Position numbers and translations under genes: made by a program. From an uncultured virus (IMG/VR IMGVR_UViG_3300006924_000001) (lineage: Duplodnaviria; Heunggongvirae; Uroviricota; Caudoviricetes): a stretch of DNA of 64,000 nt. This document shows, piece after piece, positions 20,673 to 30,161 of this stretch (positions are counted from its first letter, which is position 1; each line of letters opens with the position of its first letter). Location of the stretch: the IMG/VR virus record IMGVR_UViG_3300006924_000001. One strand, written 5' to 3'. The notes beneath the pieces were generated by a model. It was given only the letters and a program-made list of their open reading frames with translations, did not search any database and was not told the origin of the DNA.

Positions 20673-20932
20673 TCGCTATGCTTCGCTATGGGAACACCAA
20701 GTCCCCTTAACATGTTCAGCCCTTCACTGTCACTTAACAGTTCTCGCTGTCGTTGTCGTTGATTTCTGCGAGCGGCCATTGACTTTCCATCAGCCTTTGA
20801 TTTCTTGGTGGCTTCTGCGATTTTGTCTTGCATTTCCATAGCCACAAGCAGGTCAATAGTCAGTAGGTCTTGACCGCCTTCGCAATCATACTTTTCCCAT
20901 AAATCCGAGGGTAGCGTACCTTTGTACGCCAT
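20669..20932 (-). CDS. Tail assembly chaperone, gpT-like part (likely reached by -1 frameshift)
   Basis: Lies just before the tape measure gene; open in the -1 frame from the CCCTTTG heptamer. Confidence 0.7.
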   Translation of the reverse strand: MAYKGTLPSDLWEKYDCEGGQDLLTIDLLVAMEMQDKIAEATKKSKADGKSMAARRNQRQRQRELLSDSEGLNMLRGLGVPIAKHSE

Positions 20933-20946
20933 GCACAGCGTTGGTG

Positions 20947-21309
20947 CTACTCGGAAGAATTGTCCAAAGGGATTGCACCCTCCGGGTCGTCGCCACGGAC
21001 AAAGCCAAGAATCATTCGTAGTTCTGCGCTTGTGAGGTTGTCAGCATCAAAATCTTTAGGGGAAATAATACTTATTGGAACCCATTCACGGATTTGCGAC
21101 TCCATACCGGCACCTGCTGTTTCCAGTGCGTCAGCAAAGGTAGCCTGTTGTTCTTCTGTCCATTCGGTAGGGTCAGCACCGTAGTGCATATGGTCCCTAA
21201 AAACACTCGCTTGAATGTTCTCAATTCGCAATTTGGACATACCACCGGCTTGTCGCACAGTGATTGTCGTTCCATCATCAAGTTCAAAGTCTTTTGTTAG
21301 TACGGGCAT
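20947..21309 (-). CDS. Tail assembly chaperone, gpG-like
   Basis: Between tail tube and tape measure genes; slippery heptamer near the 3' end. Confidence 0.75.
   Translation of the reverse strand: MPVLTKDFELDDGTTITVRQAGGMSKLRIENIQASVFRDHMHYGADPTEWTEEQQATFADALETAGAGMESQIREWVPISIISPKDFDADNLTSAELRMILGFVRGDDPEGAIPLDNSSE
20965..20971 (-). other. Putative -1 ribosomal frameshift site C CCT TTG
   Basis: X XXY YYZ heptamer in the correct phase; the -1 frame runs without a stop into the 20932 ORF. Confidence 0.7.
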
Positions 21310-21366
21310 CTTTTCTTCACTTCTCTTTCCTTTTAGGGGAATACTACACTATACCTTACTTCGCTA

Positions 21367-22365
21367 TCAAGCGGAGTAAGCGGTGGAACGCTCGTTCTTA
21401 ACAACGATGTCCATCATTTTGCTATCGTCACTACTGAAAAGTGCCACGAATGGCACACTGAATGTTTGGGTGTCACGACCGGACACATTTGCGTCGGGTG
21501 CTTCAAATCGAATCTTGTAAAAATTGAATGTCACAAGGTCTGCGGTTGACTCGTCGCCAAATTGAACCTTAAGTTCAACACCACTACCGGAAAACTCAAC
21601 ACCGTCTTCGGCAACGAGGTTGGGGTATGTAGGCTCGCTGGCTACGGTAGTGTTAAGAATGCGGTTGAACTCAATAGTTCCGGAAATCTCACGGCGTTGT
21701 GCTGGCGGAGCGCGAACATAAGTTCGGTCACCAAGACCACACGCTGAATCTCCGTCACGGTTTAGTGCAACATCAAAAGAGATTGACTTGACGGCATTGG
21801 ATGCTGTCGTGTCACCATTGAAAAAGACCTTTGCGTCGGAGAAGTAAAGTGCTGGCTTTGAGTCGGGGAATGAAGGGGTTAATCCGCTAAGTGGACCCTG
21901 TGAGTCTTCTGCTTTGGCCATAAATGATGCACCAACAGTGGCGTACTCATTGATTGCGGCGTTCACGCTCATGGACTCAACCACTGCACCTGTGTAGTAG
22001 TGAATTTTTTCTTCACGGGCGACTGCCAATTCAAAGGAGTGACCTGTGCCTGCTTCTGTAAAAGTGTGGGTGTATGGTGTGCTTGCACCTGTCACGGTGT
22101 CGGTACCCATGAGGCCGAGCAAGACCATACCCATGAAATCGTCGTTAATCATAGCCATGTTAATGTCGCCTTCCGAGTATTCCTTTCCGGTGACGGACTT
22201 AGAAGAACCGTAGCGGCTCATGTCTTCACGGGTAAGCAAATCGTATGAGTGCTTGATGGTTTCATCGTCAATATCACCAAAAACATACGATGAAGATGCG
22301 GTTGTTCCGTATGTGTCTTCTTTTCCGATTGCAACATATCGGTTGTTCATGTCTTGGATAGCCAT
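21367..22365 (-). CDS. Major tail tube protein
   Basis: KEDTYGT N-terminus, YTHTF, YTGAVVESMS and REISGTIEF patterns of siphovirus tube proteins. Confidence 0.85.
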   Translation of the reverse strand: MAIQDMNNRYVAIGKEDTYGTTASSSYVFGDIDDETIKHSYDLLTREDMSRYGSSKSVTGKEYSEGDINMAMINDDFMGMVLLGLMGTDTVTGASTPYTHTFTEAGTGHSFELAVAREEKIHYYTGAVVESMSVNAAINEYATVGASFMAKAEDSQGPLSGLTPSFPDSKPALYFSDAKVFFNGDTTASNAVKSISFDVALNRDGDSACGLGDRTYVRAPPAQRREISGTIEFNRILNTTVASEPTYPNLVAEDGVEFSGSGVELKVQFGDESTADLVTFNFYKIRFEAPDANVSGRDTQTFSVPFVALFSSDDSKMMDIVVKNERSTAYSA

Positions 22366-22418
22366 TAAAAATCACTCTCTCGATATGTTTTTCACCTGCG
22401 AGGTGTCTATTAAATGTT

Positions 22419-23477
22419 TCATCGGTGCCTCATGTTTATGCGGCGTTGATAAGTCAAGGTGAGCAAGTGAGTACATATTGTGACTTCATCATCTAACTTT
22501 GTTTGCAGTTCTATTTCGTACTCGAAAAGACTGTCGGTTGTTCCGTTTAGACCTGTTGTGGTGTAGAGTTCATCGAAAATTTCTCCGGCGATATTGAGAG
22601 ATTGTCGGTACGCATCCTCGTAAGTCGTTCCTCGACTTGTAATGTAAATTAGTACATCGTACTGTTGGTCAATTCGACCGCCACCAAGAGCGGCAAATGT
22701 AGGGGATGAAAGACCACGCAACACTACATTGACAAACGGAGGCACCATCTTTGACAACATACCGTTTGAAATGTCGTACCCGTACTTGATTGAGCCGGAA
22801 TCCAAGTGTGTTTTGAGGTATGTGCGCCTACTACTGCGTAGTGCCTGTACCACTGATAGTCCCATGCGAATCAATGTGTCTGTTGCAAAGTCGGAAGGAG
22901 CGAGTTCATCGGGAGCAAATGCTCCTGTATCAGTAGCATAAACGCTGGCCCACTTTACAGTCCCATCGGTATTTCCCCACCGGATAACCTTTCCAGCAGT
23001 GCTGGTCGCTCCAAGTGCCGACATTACCATTGATTGACCGTCGTCGTCTTCTGTAATTTCACGAATGTACAATTTTGCATTTCCGGAAGAATCTATGGTC
23101 AGTCGAAGGATAAGTGGTGTTGGGTTAGATTCTGTCATTGAAATGTCTAAGTCGTCGCTCATAACTGCTTGGTCGCCGACCAATTCAATTTTTTGACCGG
23201 AACTACGAACCTCGACCTTTCTGCTTCCGTTGTCTAATCGTAGCAAGACAGTACCATCTGTTGGAACAGAAGTGTATTGTATTGTCGCAAAAATAGTGTA
23301 TTCATCTGTCGTCGGAACTACTTTCCAGTAACCGGCATTTACTACCCAATAAGCATCTGTGTCTGTACCGCTACCGGATTCGGTAGTCCATGTTCCGTTG
23401 TTTGTTCCTACGGGACTTGTGGGGTCGTCACCGTTTAGTCGGTAATTCCAAAATTGGGATGTTGTTGCTATTGCCAT
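22419..23477 (-). CDS. Tail terminator-like protein with an extra N-terminal beta-sandwich domain
   Basis: Position upstream of the tube gene; C-terminal ~150 aa resembles gpU-type terminators. Confidence 0.55.
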   Translation of the reverse strand: MAIATTSQFWNYRLNGDDPTSPVGTNNGTWTTESGSGTDTDAYWVVNAGYWKVVPTTDEYTIFATIQYTSVPTDGTVLLRLDNGSRKVEVRSSGQKIELVGDQAVMSDDLDISMTESNPTPLILRLTIDSSGNAKLYIREITEDDDGQSMVMSALGATSTAGKVIRWGNTDGTVKWASVYATDTGAFAPDELAPSDFATDTLIRMGLSVVQALRSSRRTYLKTHLDSGSIKYGYDISNGMLSKMVPPFVNVVLRGLSSPTFAALGGGRIDQQYDVLIYITSRGTTYEDAYRQSLNIAGEIFDELYTTTGLNGTTDSLFEYEIELQTKLDDEVTICTHLLTLTYQRRINMRHR

Positions 23478-23478
23478 A

Positions 23479-24078
23479 TCAAAGCCTCTTTTTTAGTTCG
23501 TATTTCATTCGTGTTGGGAATCTTGCTTCAAACCTTTCTTCTGCCACACTAAGGTAATCAATAGCAAGATAACCGTAAAAGTAAGCACCACCACCACGAC
23601 CGTACCAAGCAGTATCGCTACCTTTGGGTCCGACTTGACGACCAAATTCCAAAGCACCGGGCGCATTCCATTCAAAATTACCTGCATCTCGACCTTCTTG
23701 TAAAGCCGCTCCTATGTTGTATGTTCCTCCGTTATCGTCGGGGTCAGTATGAACACCAAATCCTATCTCACCGTTTCGACCATCCGGTCCTTTGCTTCCA
23801 AAAATAGCGTTAAGTTCCACATCACCATTTTTTGATGTTACGCTTCTTTCGTAGGCAAGAGAGTTAGCGACTTCTCGTGCCTGTGGGTGCATACCCATAA
23901 ATCCTCGAAGATGCTTGTATGCGTGGTCTTTTGCGGCACTAAGAGCATAACCGCTTGCGTACATCATAGCCTTTTCCACTGCTTCTTCAATTTCGTGAAA
24001 CGCTCGGTTAAAAGAACGGTTGTCGATGTTGACACTCATTCCTTTTGCGGAGCGATTACGGATGTGAAACGCTGGCAT
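23479..24078 (-). CDS. Neck/tail completion protein (HK97 gp10-like)
   Basis: Position and Y...LQEG...YL..A pattern. Confidence 0.5.
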   Translation of the reverse strand: MPAFHIRNRSAKGMSVNIDNRSFNRAFHEIEEAVEKAMMYASGYALSAAKDHAYKHLRGFMGMHPQAREVANSLAYERSVTSKNGDVELNAIFGSKGPDGRNGEIGFGVHTDPDDNGGTYNIGAALQEGRDAGNFEWNAPGALEFGRQVGPKGSDTAWYGRGGGAYFYGYLAIDYLSVAEERFEARFPTRMKYELKKRL

Positions 24079-24614
24079 TAGTCAACACTTCCTAAGTGAG
24101 CAAGTCGCTTGAGGTTATCAAATCCACGCTCACGAAGGTTGTTGCCTCGGATTGTTCCGTTGTTGCTTGATGTTTGAAAAACAGCCTCATCTTCAAAATA
24201 GTATGCGGCGGCAATATCTGCACAAATTTCACGGAGGATGTGAGCGAACTCTCCCTCTTGTACTGTGACGCCGGAAGCGTGGTCAAACGAAATACCTGTG
24301 CATCCGGTAAGGTCGTTGGTGGACTTTCCTGTCCATGAGAATGAATCACCGTCTATATTGCCGTTTCCAGCACTGCTAAAGGCCGCTCCGCTTGTTAGGG
24401 TCACTGTGGTAGCCCCAGCAGAAACAGTGCCGTTAAGGGTGGTTTCTGCGATTGATTTGCTTGGTACATCTCGACCGTAGTCACGGTAAATTTGGTCAAT
24501 GTCGATGGTTGCCCTTCGGATTGCACTTGTGAGGCGACTCCCTGCCCTTGTTCGTTGGGTACTGTCAAGACCAAGACGAGAACCAACATCACTTGTTGAG
24601 CAGTAATACACCAT
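24078..24614 (-). CDS. Head-tail connector with an inserted beta domain
   Basis: YCSTSDV...I..AT..ID N-terminus and LREICADIAAAY C-terminus typical of gp6/gp15-like adaptors. Confidence 0.65.
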   Translation of the reverse strand: MVYYCSTSDVGSRLGLDSTQRTRAGSRLTSAIRRATIDIDQIYRDYGRDVPSKSIAETTLNGTVSAGATTVTLTSGAAFSSAGNGNIDGDSFSWTGKSTNDLTGCTGISFDHASGVTVQEGEFAHILREICADIAAAYYFEDEAVFQTSSNNGTIRGNNLRERGFDNLKRLAHLGSVD

Positions 24615-24772
24615 CACATCATCCCCTGTACATCAACGCCAAGAGAGGCAAGCATGGCAAAGAAAGCGTATCGCAAGTATTTTGCCATAACTGAAAGTTC
24701 AAACACTGCTTGTTCAAGCAATTTGACTCTTTCATCCAAGTCTTCGACTTGTTGTTCAAGATTTTGACTCAT
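24614..24772 (-). CDS. Small coiled-coil protein with a hydrophobic C-terminus (52 aa)
   Basis: My translation: MSQNLEQQVEDLDERVKLLEQ...YAFFAMLASLG; coupled to neighbouring genes. Confidence 0.6.
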   Translation of the reverse strand: MSQNLEQQVEDLDERVKLLEQAVFELSVMAKYLRYAFFAMLASLGVDVQGMM

Positions 24773-25061
24773 TTTCAATCACCTCTTTCGCCTCTTTGAG
24801 TCGGGAAATAAGGTCGGCCTTTGTGCCATCAACATCAAGACCGTTTTCGTTTGCGAGTTCAATTAACTCGGCTTTCTTCATTTTCTTCATGGCGGACATT
24901 GATGGGAGGTCTTTTACAATTTCCTTAATATCTTCTGCCAAATCAATGATTTCATCCAGTGTAATTTCTCCGTCGGCCATCAATTTTTTGTACATTTTGT
25001 ACCCAGCAAGTCCAAGACCCACTGCGATTGCGGCAAGTAGTATCATCATTTCAATATCCAT
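24756..25061 (-). CDS. Membrane-anchored protein with a SAP/HeH-like domain
   Basis: N-terminal TM helix, ADGEITLDE, and MKKAELIELA..GL...GTKADLISRL. Confidence 0.7.
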   Translation of the reverse strand: MDIEMMILLAAIAVGLGLAGYKMYKKLMADGEITLDEIIDLAEDIKEIVKDLPSMSAMKKMKKAELIELANENGLDVDGTKADLISRLKEAKEVIENESKS

Positions 25062-25062
25062 T

Positions 25063-25236
25063 TCATTCACCTTTGTTGTATAGAACTTCTTTTACGGCTG
25101 ATAGCGGAATGACGGTAAAGTGTCTGCTTTCGCCCACCCGATAAACCTTGTAGCCGTGGGGTGTTTCTTCAATGTTCACATTGGTGTAGCACCTTTCCGG
25201 CGGGTGATAAACAATTTTACCTTTTCTTTTGCTCAT
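25063..25236 (-). CDS. Hypothetical protein (57 aa)
   Basis: My translation: MSKRKGKIVYHPPERCY...; AGGTGA RBS. Confidence 0.6.
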   Translation of the reverse strand: MSKRKGKIVYHPPERCYTNVNIEETPHGYKVYRVGESRHFTVIPLSAVKEVLYNKGE

Positions 25237-25333
25237 CCTTTTTCACCTTTTTCTTAAAAATACTGTTTGTCACAATTTGTTGCGCCATTATTTTTTCCAC
25301 ATATTTATCAAGCCATTTATTCATTTTTTCACC

Positions 25334-27838
25334 TCATAGTAGGAAAAGTCCAAGCCTTTGAAGGCCATCCAAAATCAAGTCTAATCGTAGAGCAAGTTCT
25401 ACTTCGTTGGGACTTGGGTTGAACAGGACTGGTAGAATGGGTTGTATTGGCGCACCTTTGTCATCAATTGCGCCCGTTGGTGCGGCCCCTAAGAATCCAA
25501 TTTGCTTCTGCCCCGTTGGGCTATTGTTCTCTCGCTTTAGTTCCAGCAACCGGTCATTATACGAAACCAATGCTGTGCTTAATGCACCGAAAGATATGTC
25601 AAATTGTCCTCCATCACGCTGACCAATAGACCACAAGGGACTGTCTATGGTGTTGCCGTCAACGGGGTTTGAGTTGTCGTTTTGAATGTGCAAGTGGCCG
25701 TACGCATTTATCCGAAGATTGCCTTCGTTTGCTTGTATTCGCACAGGAAAATTGCCGACCCCATCAACATGAAGCGTGTGTGCTGGCGCATTTGTCCCAA
25801 CGCCGAGGCGGTTGTTTGCGTTGTCGTAGTGCAGGTTTGCATCGTCGGAGGCAAAAGCCGCACCGTCGCTGAATTGGATAGCACCGGCCACACCCGATGG
25901 CGTTCCTCCGCCCCCGCCGCCCCCACCGGATATTGTGGCCCAAGAGAGTACGCCAGCACCGTTGGTTTGTAGGACTTGACCGTTTGACCCATCAACTCTC
26001 GGTGCAGTACCGGGGAATGTTAGAATTTCTCTAATTACACCCCAACCATCTTGCACATCTTCCTCTCCACTACGGAAGAACAACGGCTCTTCATCAACAG
26101 AAGAAGAGTTGGTGGAAGAATTGGAAAATAACTGCCAAGCCCGATAATTGGCACTCCAACCTTTCATAGTCATAACTGAATCCCATTGGTTCGGTGAGCC
26201 TGTTATGTCGTCAGTAAAATCAAACGAAACAGACCTTACAGGGAAGTCGTTGGGGTGGACATCTCCATCATTCCTTGAATCACGAATCGCCAATTGGTTG
26301 ATACCACCATTGCTTCTCCCGCTTTGGGTGCTTGGAACTCCACCCCCTCTCGCCCATTCCTTGACCTCGGTGAAGGTGACTTTCCTATTGGTGCCGTTAG
26401 CCCCGTCGTCTAAAAGAAGTAGGTCGGTATCACGAATCGCAGTGTTGGCAGGCAAGGCTGAAATGTCAATGTCGTTTCCATCGGCTCCCGCCGGACCCTG
26501 TGGACCCTGTGGGCCTTGTGGACCCGCAGGTCCGGTTGCACCTGCTGGTCCGGCTGGGCCTTGTGCGCCATCTGCACCATCTGCTCCGTCTGTACCATCA
26601 GTCCCGTCTGTGCCATCGGTTCCGTCGGCCCCATCTGCTCCGGCTGGACCCTGCGGCCCTGCTGGGCCTTGAGAACCCGCACCCGCACCGATTTCGCTTG
26701 AGCCAAGATACAATTTGTTGCTATCCGCACTGTTAAGCCAAAGCGTGTTAGCGGCTACGCCACCCGGATTTGAACTAACGGGGTCTAATTCTAAACCTGT
26801 TGGGTCAATCAAACCATCGACATTTAATTTTCCAGTAATGTGAACATTTCCGTTGATAAGGTCAATTGGTCCGGAAGCGTGTCGGGGACTTCGATAAATA
26901 CCGGGACTAATTTGACTGTACGACCAAGACCCCCTTATTTTGGGGGGAACAATACTTCGTATGTCGGAACCTTGTGCATCCACAGTTTTTGGTCCCACAA
27001 GCATACATCCGTCTTGAATTTCAAATTCTTCCACAGAAATAAAAGTGTTATCGGCAAGTAAAATTTTATCGCCATGAGTATCTGCTTTAAGCACAATTTT
27101 TCGATAGTAGGCTTGGAATGTGGAAGAGTAACCTGTTGCGTTGTGGGTAGGTAGCACTACGCCACTACTTGACGCAGTGAACTCGGTTGTCGCAAGCCCA
27201 AAGTTCACAGTATTTATCGCTGTGGCATTAAATACTGTAAAATCAAACACCTTTAACCGGTCATTATCAACAAGGTCACCTTCCGGTTCAAAAGATGCAC
27301 TTGCGGAAATCTCCATGCTAACAAATGATGCTTTGCCGGAAGTTCCGGTTGGGGTAACATAATTTGGTGCAAATTTTCCAGCGTTTAACCTAACAATGGG
27401 GTGTGAACCGTCGTCAAATTTTGTAATGGGTGTTGATGTTGAACTGTCGAAAGAAAAAATCACATTTCCTACATAGGAAGCGTTGTCACCAAGCAAAAGA
27501 AACCGTTCGTTGTAGTCTTTGTATGAGCCAAAGTAATTTGGTGCCGAACCTTGTTCAAATATGACTACGCCGGAACTACCTGCGTTTAGGATTCCTCCAA
27601 GATACATACCCTTTATTGTTGGTTGAGCATTAAGAATAACTTGAAATTCGTAATTGTCTTCTATCACAATTTCATCAACAGTTAAAGTCACTCCGCCTGT
27701 TAAAGTCCATGCACAGTCTGCAAGGCTTGAGTCATTAAAAAGAGCAACATCCCCAGCAGTGGGGATAGAGGTTGGCGACCAATTGGCCGCTGTTCCCGAA
27801 TCAGTGGAAGTTCCACCTATCCATGTTATTGTTGCCAT
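25334..27838 (-). CDS. Collagen-repeat fibre protein
   Basis: About 20 Gly-X-Y triplets, a Gly linker and fibre-type motifs (NRLGVGT..P..TLHV). Confidence 0.85.
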   Translation of the reverse strand: MATITWIGGTSTDSGTAANWSPTSIPTAGDVALFNDSSLADCAWTLTGGVTLTVDEIVIEDNYEFQVILNAQPTIKGMYLGGILNAGSSGVVIFEQGSAPNYFGSYKDYNERFLLLGDNASYVGNVIFSFDSSTSTPITKFDDGSHPIVRLNAGKFAPNYVTPTGTSGKASFVSMEISASASFEPEGDLVDNDRLKVFDFTVFNATAINTVNFGLATTEFTASSSGVVLPTHNATGYSSTFQAYYRKIVLKADTHGDKILLADNTFISVEEFEIQDGCMLVGPKTVDAQGSDIRSIVPPKIRGSWSYSQISPGIYRSPRHASGPIDLINGNVHITGKLNVDGLIDPTGLELDPVSSNPGGVAANTLWLNSADSNKLYLGSSEIGAGAGSQGPAGPQGPAGADGADGTDGTDGTDGTDGADGADGAQGPAGPAGATGPAGPQGPQGPQGPAGADGNDIDISALPANTAIRDTDLLLLDDGANGTNRKVTFTEVKEWARGGGVPSTQSGRSNGGINQLAIRDSRNDGDVHPNDFPVRSVSFDFTDDITGSPNQWDSVMTMKGWSANYRAWQLFSNSSTNSSSVDEEPLFFRSGEEDVQDGWGVIREILTFPGTAPRVDGSNGQVLQTNGAGVLSWATISGGGGGGGGTPSGVAGAIQFSDGAAFASDDANLHYDNANNRLGVGTNAPAHTLHVDGVGNFPVRIQANEGNLRINAYGHLHIQNDNSNPVDGNTIDSPLWSIGQRDGGQFDISFGALSTALVSYNDRLLELKRENNSPTGQKQIGFLGAAPTGAIDDKGAPIQPILPVLFNPSPNEVELALRLDLILDGLQRLGLFLL
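26480..26670 (-). repeat. Collagen-coding 9-bp periodic repeats
   Basis: GPQ/GPA/GAD/GTD triplets. Confidence 0.85.
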
Positions 27839-27843
27839 AATAC

Positions 27844-28233
27844 TCACTTTTGTTTGGTTTTAGTAGAGCCTATTTGGATAGCGGTTCCACCTTTTTCCGA
27901 AACAAGAGCGAGCAAGTCTTGACCCCTTTTCATAAACCCTCTTAATTGGGCGGTCAAACGAATATCTTGTTCTTTTCTCTCGCTCTCGTTGACATAGGAA
28001 GGTAAGGTATCAATCATAACTTGTAGGCAATCTGCACACACAAGTGCTTTAATGGCTGATTCTTTTTGTGCTGTTGTGACCACATTGACAGAATCTTTTG
28101 CAAGAAACGCATTGTTCCTTGCTGATTTGTTGACTTGTTCAGTACGCATACTGATGTATTCGGTGATTGTGCCTTCGTTAAGACCACGAGGTCTGTTTAA
28201 CAAATCTCGAATGCTGTCGGTCGTGACGGTCAT
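27844..28233 (-). CDS. Putative head-tail adaptor
   Basis: Position after the capsid genes; VT.DSIRDLL...I..YI pattern. Confidence 0.55.
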   Translation of the reverse strand: MTVTTDSIRDLLNRPRGLNEGTITEYISMRTEQVNKSARNNAFLAKDSVNVVTTAQKESAIKALVCADCLQVMIDTLPSYVNESERKEQDIRLTAQLRGFMKRGQDLLALVSEKGGTAIQIGSTKTKQK

Positions 28234-28583
28234 TCTTCTTCACCTAATCCGCTCACAGGCCATCTGTCGTTATAGTCTTTCGGTACTGATATAACAGGGG
28301 TGCCTTTTGGTGCTTGAGCGCATCTTCCGAGAACCATTACTAATTTTGTCTTAACAATTTCGTGCGCCATGCGACTGTCCGGCAACCAATATGTTTCACG
28401 GTCGGGTAAAAGGGATGCTGGGCTGTTTGGTCTTCGACTGCTTGGGCGAACAAGTCGCACAAGCCAACCGTTTCCACTTATCCAGTGTTCTGCTCGGTGT
28501 CGCATATCAACGACCTTTGCATCTTTTGGCACCGGAATGCCTAAATCCTTTAATTGCTTTGCCAATTTGGTGCGCTCACTCAT
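28230..28583 (-). CDS. Hypothetical protein
   Basis: ATGA-coupled within the structural operon. Confidence 0.7.
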   Translation of the reverse strand: MSERTKLAKQLKDLGIPVPKDAKVVDMRHRAEHWISGNGWLVRLVRPSSRRPNSPASLLPDRETYWLPDSRMAHEIVKTKLVMVLGRCAQAPKGTPVISVPKDYNDRWPVSGLGEEE

Positions 28584-28714
28584 TCGTCAGCCACCTTTTT
28601 CTTGGATTGCTTTTTAGGCTTCTTGGCCTTCTTAGCAGGGGGGATAACATCGTAGTTACCATCGGCATTCAAACGGTACACTGTACCGTCTGCTTCTGTC
28701 CATTCTTTAGTCAA
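28580..28714 (-). CDS. Small Lys-rich protein (44 aa, TTG start)
   Basis: My translation: MTKEWTEADGTVYRLNADGNYDVIPPAKKAKKPKK...; fills an operon gap. Confidence 0.5.
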   Translation of the reverse strand: MTKEWTEADGTVYRLNADGNYDVIPPAKKAKKPKKQSKKKVADE

Positions 28715-28724
28715 GTTAAACGCC

Positions 28725-29186
28725 TCAAACGGTGTTCATGTAACTGATGTACACATTTGCAAGACCGGATTGAAGAGCGGCACCAGCAATGGTCAATAGT
28801 ACACTTGATTCAGCAAGAACAAGAGAGCCTGCGCTTGGGTGTCGGAAGTGCGAGGTTTCTCGGATAAGTGCGGCGTTATCGAAAGCGGTTGCTCCCAAAA
28901 GGGCAGTAGCGGCTCCGGTAATACCGAGAGCAATTGTTGCCGAGCCAGCAGAACCAAATGGTACTTCTGCGTCAATCATGTATGAGTGGATGATTGCGCC
29001 AGCAGGTAGCGTCAATGCGGCACCTGTTGCGTCGGTCAATGTCTTTGCACCAGTGGTTAGGCTTGTACCATCGTACACGAACTTAAGCGTGTGCATTTGT
29101 AGTCCGCCGACCTTTGCTTCGGTGACAGCGTTGTCAGCGAGATACTTTGTTTCCACAAAGTCTTGGAATTTACGGTTCTGTGCCAA
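28725..29186 (-). CDS. Putative capsid decoration/spike-base protein
   Basis: GAGGTGA RBS before TTG; LPAGAII...F...GSATIALG jelly-roll-like pattern directly after the capsid gene. Confidence 0.6.
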   Translation of the reverse strand: MAQNRKFQDFVETKYLADNAVTEAKVGGLQMHTLKFVYDGTSLTTGAKTLTDATGAALTLPAGAIIHSYMIDAEVPFGSAGSATIALGITGAATALLGATAFDNAALIRETSHFRHPSAGSLVLAESSVLLTIAGAALQSGLANVYISYMNTV

Positions 29187-29196
29187 GTAAATCACC

Positions 29197-30132
29197 TCAA
29201 ACGACGCCGGTAATCTTGGCAATTCGGTTGGACTTGCCGGATGCGGCACCGTCTTGGTGTTGGTGAACAACGCTTCCCATGTAGCCAGTCAAGAGCCAGT
29301 CGAAACCAACGCCCGGAAGACGGGTAAGTTCGGTTTCTTGGTAGCCTGCACCGTTGTAGGTGAAGAACTCGGCTGTTTCTGCGCCCGGAATGAGCAAGAG
29401 AGCGTCGTCTTCGATTGCACCAGTAGCGTCGCTTGGGAGCAAGGACTTTCCACCGGTGTAGTCACGGGTGTAGTAAATGCTCATCTTTGCGATTCGCTTC
29501 ATGTGGTCTTGAAGGGACTCCACGACATTGCCGTAAAGTTGGGTGTTCAAGAGCGCACTGCGGGTCGAAGCAGGGAGGACAAGAGCCATTGGCTCGTCAC
29601 CGGACACACGACCGTTTGCAAAGACCAAATCCATAGTCTTCAAGAGGTCGCCTTCTTCGTCAGCCGAGCCACTACCGAAGGTTGCGGTTGCGGCTTGGGT
29701 CTGTCCAGCACCAGTGTGGAGGGTGGAGAGAATGTTGTTGTCGATAACATCGGCTCGACCACGAACGATTGCGAGTTGCTGTCGGTCAATGTTCTCAAAG
29801 GATTCGCCACGGAGTCGAACAGTGTCAAGGAAGACACATCGACCTTGACCCTTCTGCAATTTCACAGTGTAATTGGAAGTTCCAATCTTTGTAGGGTCAA
29901 CGGTTGCGGCGTCGTCAAGTGGGTACGAGAATGTGCCTTGCACACCGGTGTACCACTTAAATTCGAGCCACGGGACAGTTCGGGTTCCAACGAGTTGTGT
30001 TCCGACTGCAATGCGAGTGCTTTGTAGTTGGATGAAATCACGGAGGGTTTGTTCGAGAACAGCGTCACCGGTACCAAAAGGTCCGGCGGCGGCTGATGCG
30101 TTCATAATTTGTTCAAGGGATTGGTTTGCCAT
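29197..30132 (-). CDS. Major capsid protein (HK97 fold)
   Basis: 311 aa downstream of the protease/scaffold and cement genes; size and pattern are typical. Confidence 0.8.
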   Translation of the reverse strand: MANQSLEQIMNASAAAGPFGTGDAVLEQTLRDFIQLQSTRIAVGTQLVGTRTVPWLEFKWYTGVQGTFSYPLDDAATVDPTKIGTSNYTVKLQKGQGRCVFLDTVRLRGESFENIDRQQLAIVRGRADVIDNNILSTLHTGAGQTQAATATFGSGSADEEGDLLKTMDLVFANGRVSGDEPMALVLPASTRSALLNTQLYGNVVESLQDHMKRIAKMSIYYTRDYTGGKSLLPSDATGAIEDDALLLIPGAETAEFFTYNGAGYQETELTRLPGVGFDWLLTGYMGSVVHQHQDGAASGKSNRIAKITGVV

Positions 30133-30161
30133 CTTATTCACTTCCATTTATTTTTTTGTTA

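Noticed and set aside
26148..26736. + strand Pro/Gly-rich ORFs
   Set aside because: Antisense reading of the collagen repeats.
29187..29270. Extension of the 28725 ORF overlapping the MCP end (possible frameshift fusion)
   Set aside because: A good GAGGTGA RBS precedes the TTG at 29186, and I saw no convincing slippery site.
29254..30027. 257-aa + strand ORF
   Set aside because: Antisense shadow of the major capsid gene.
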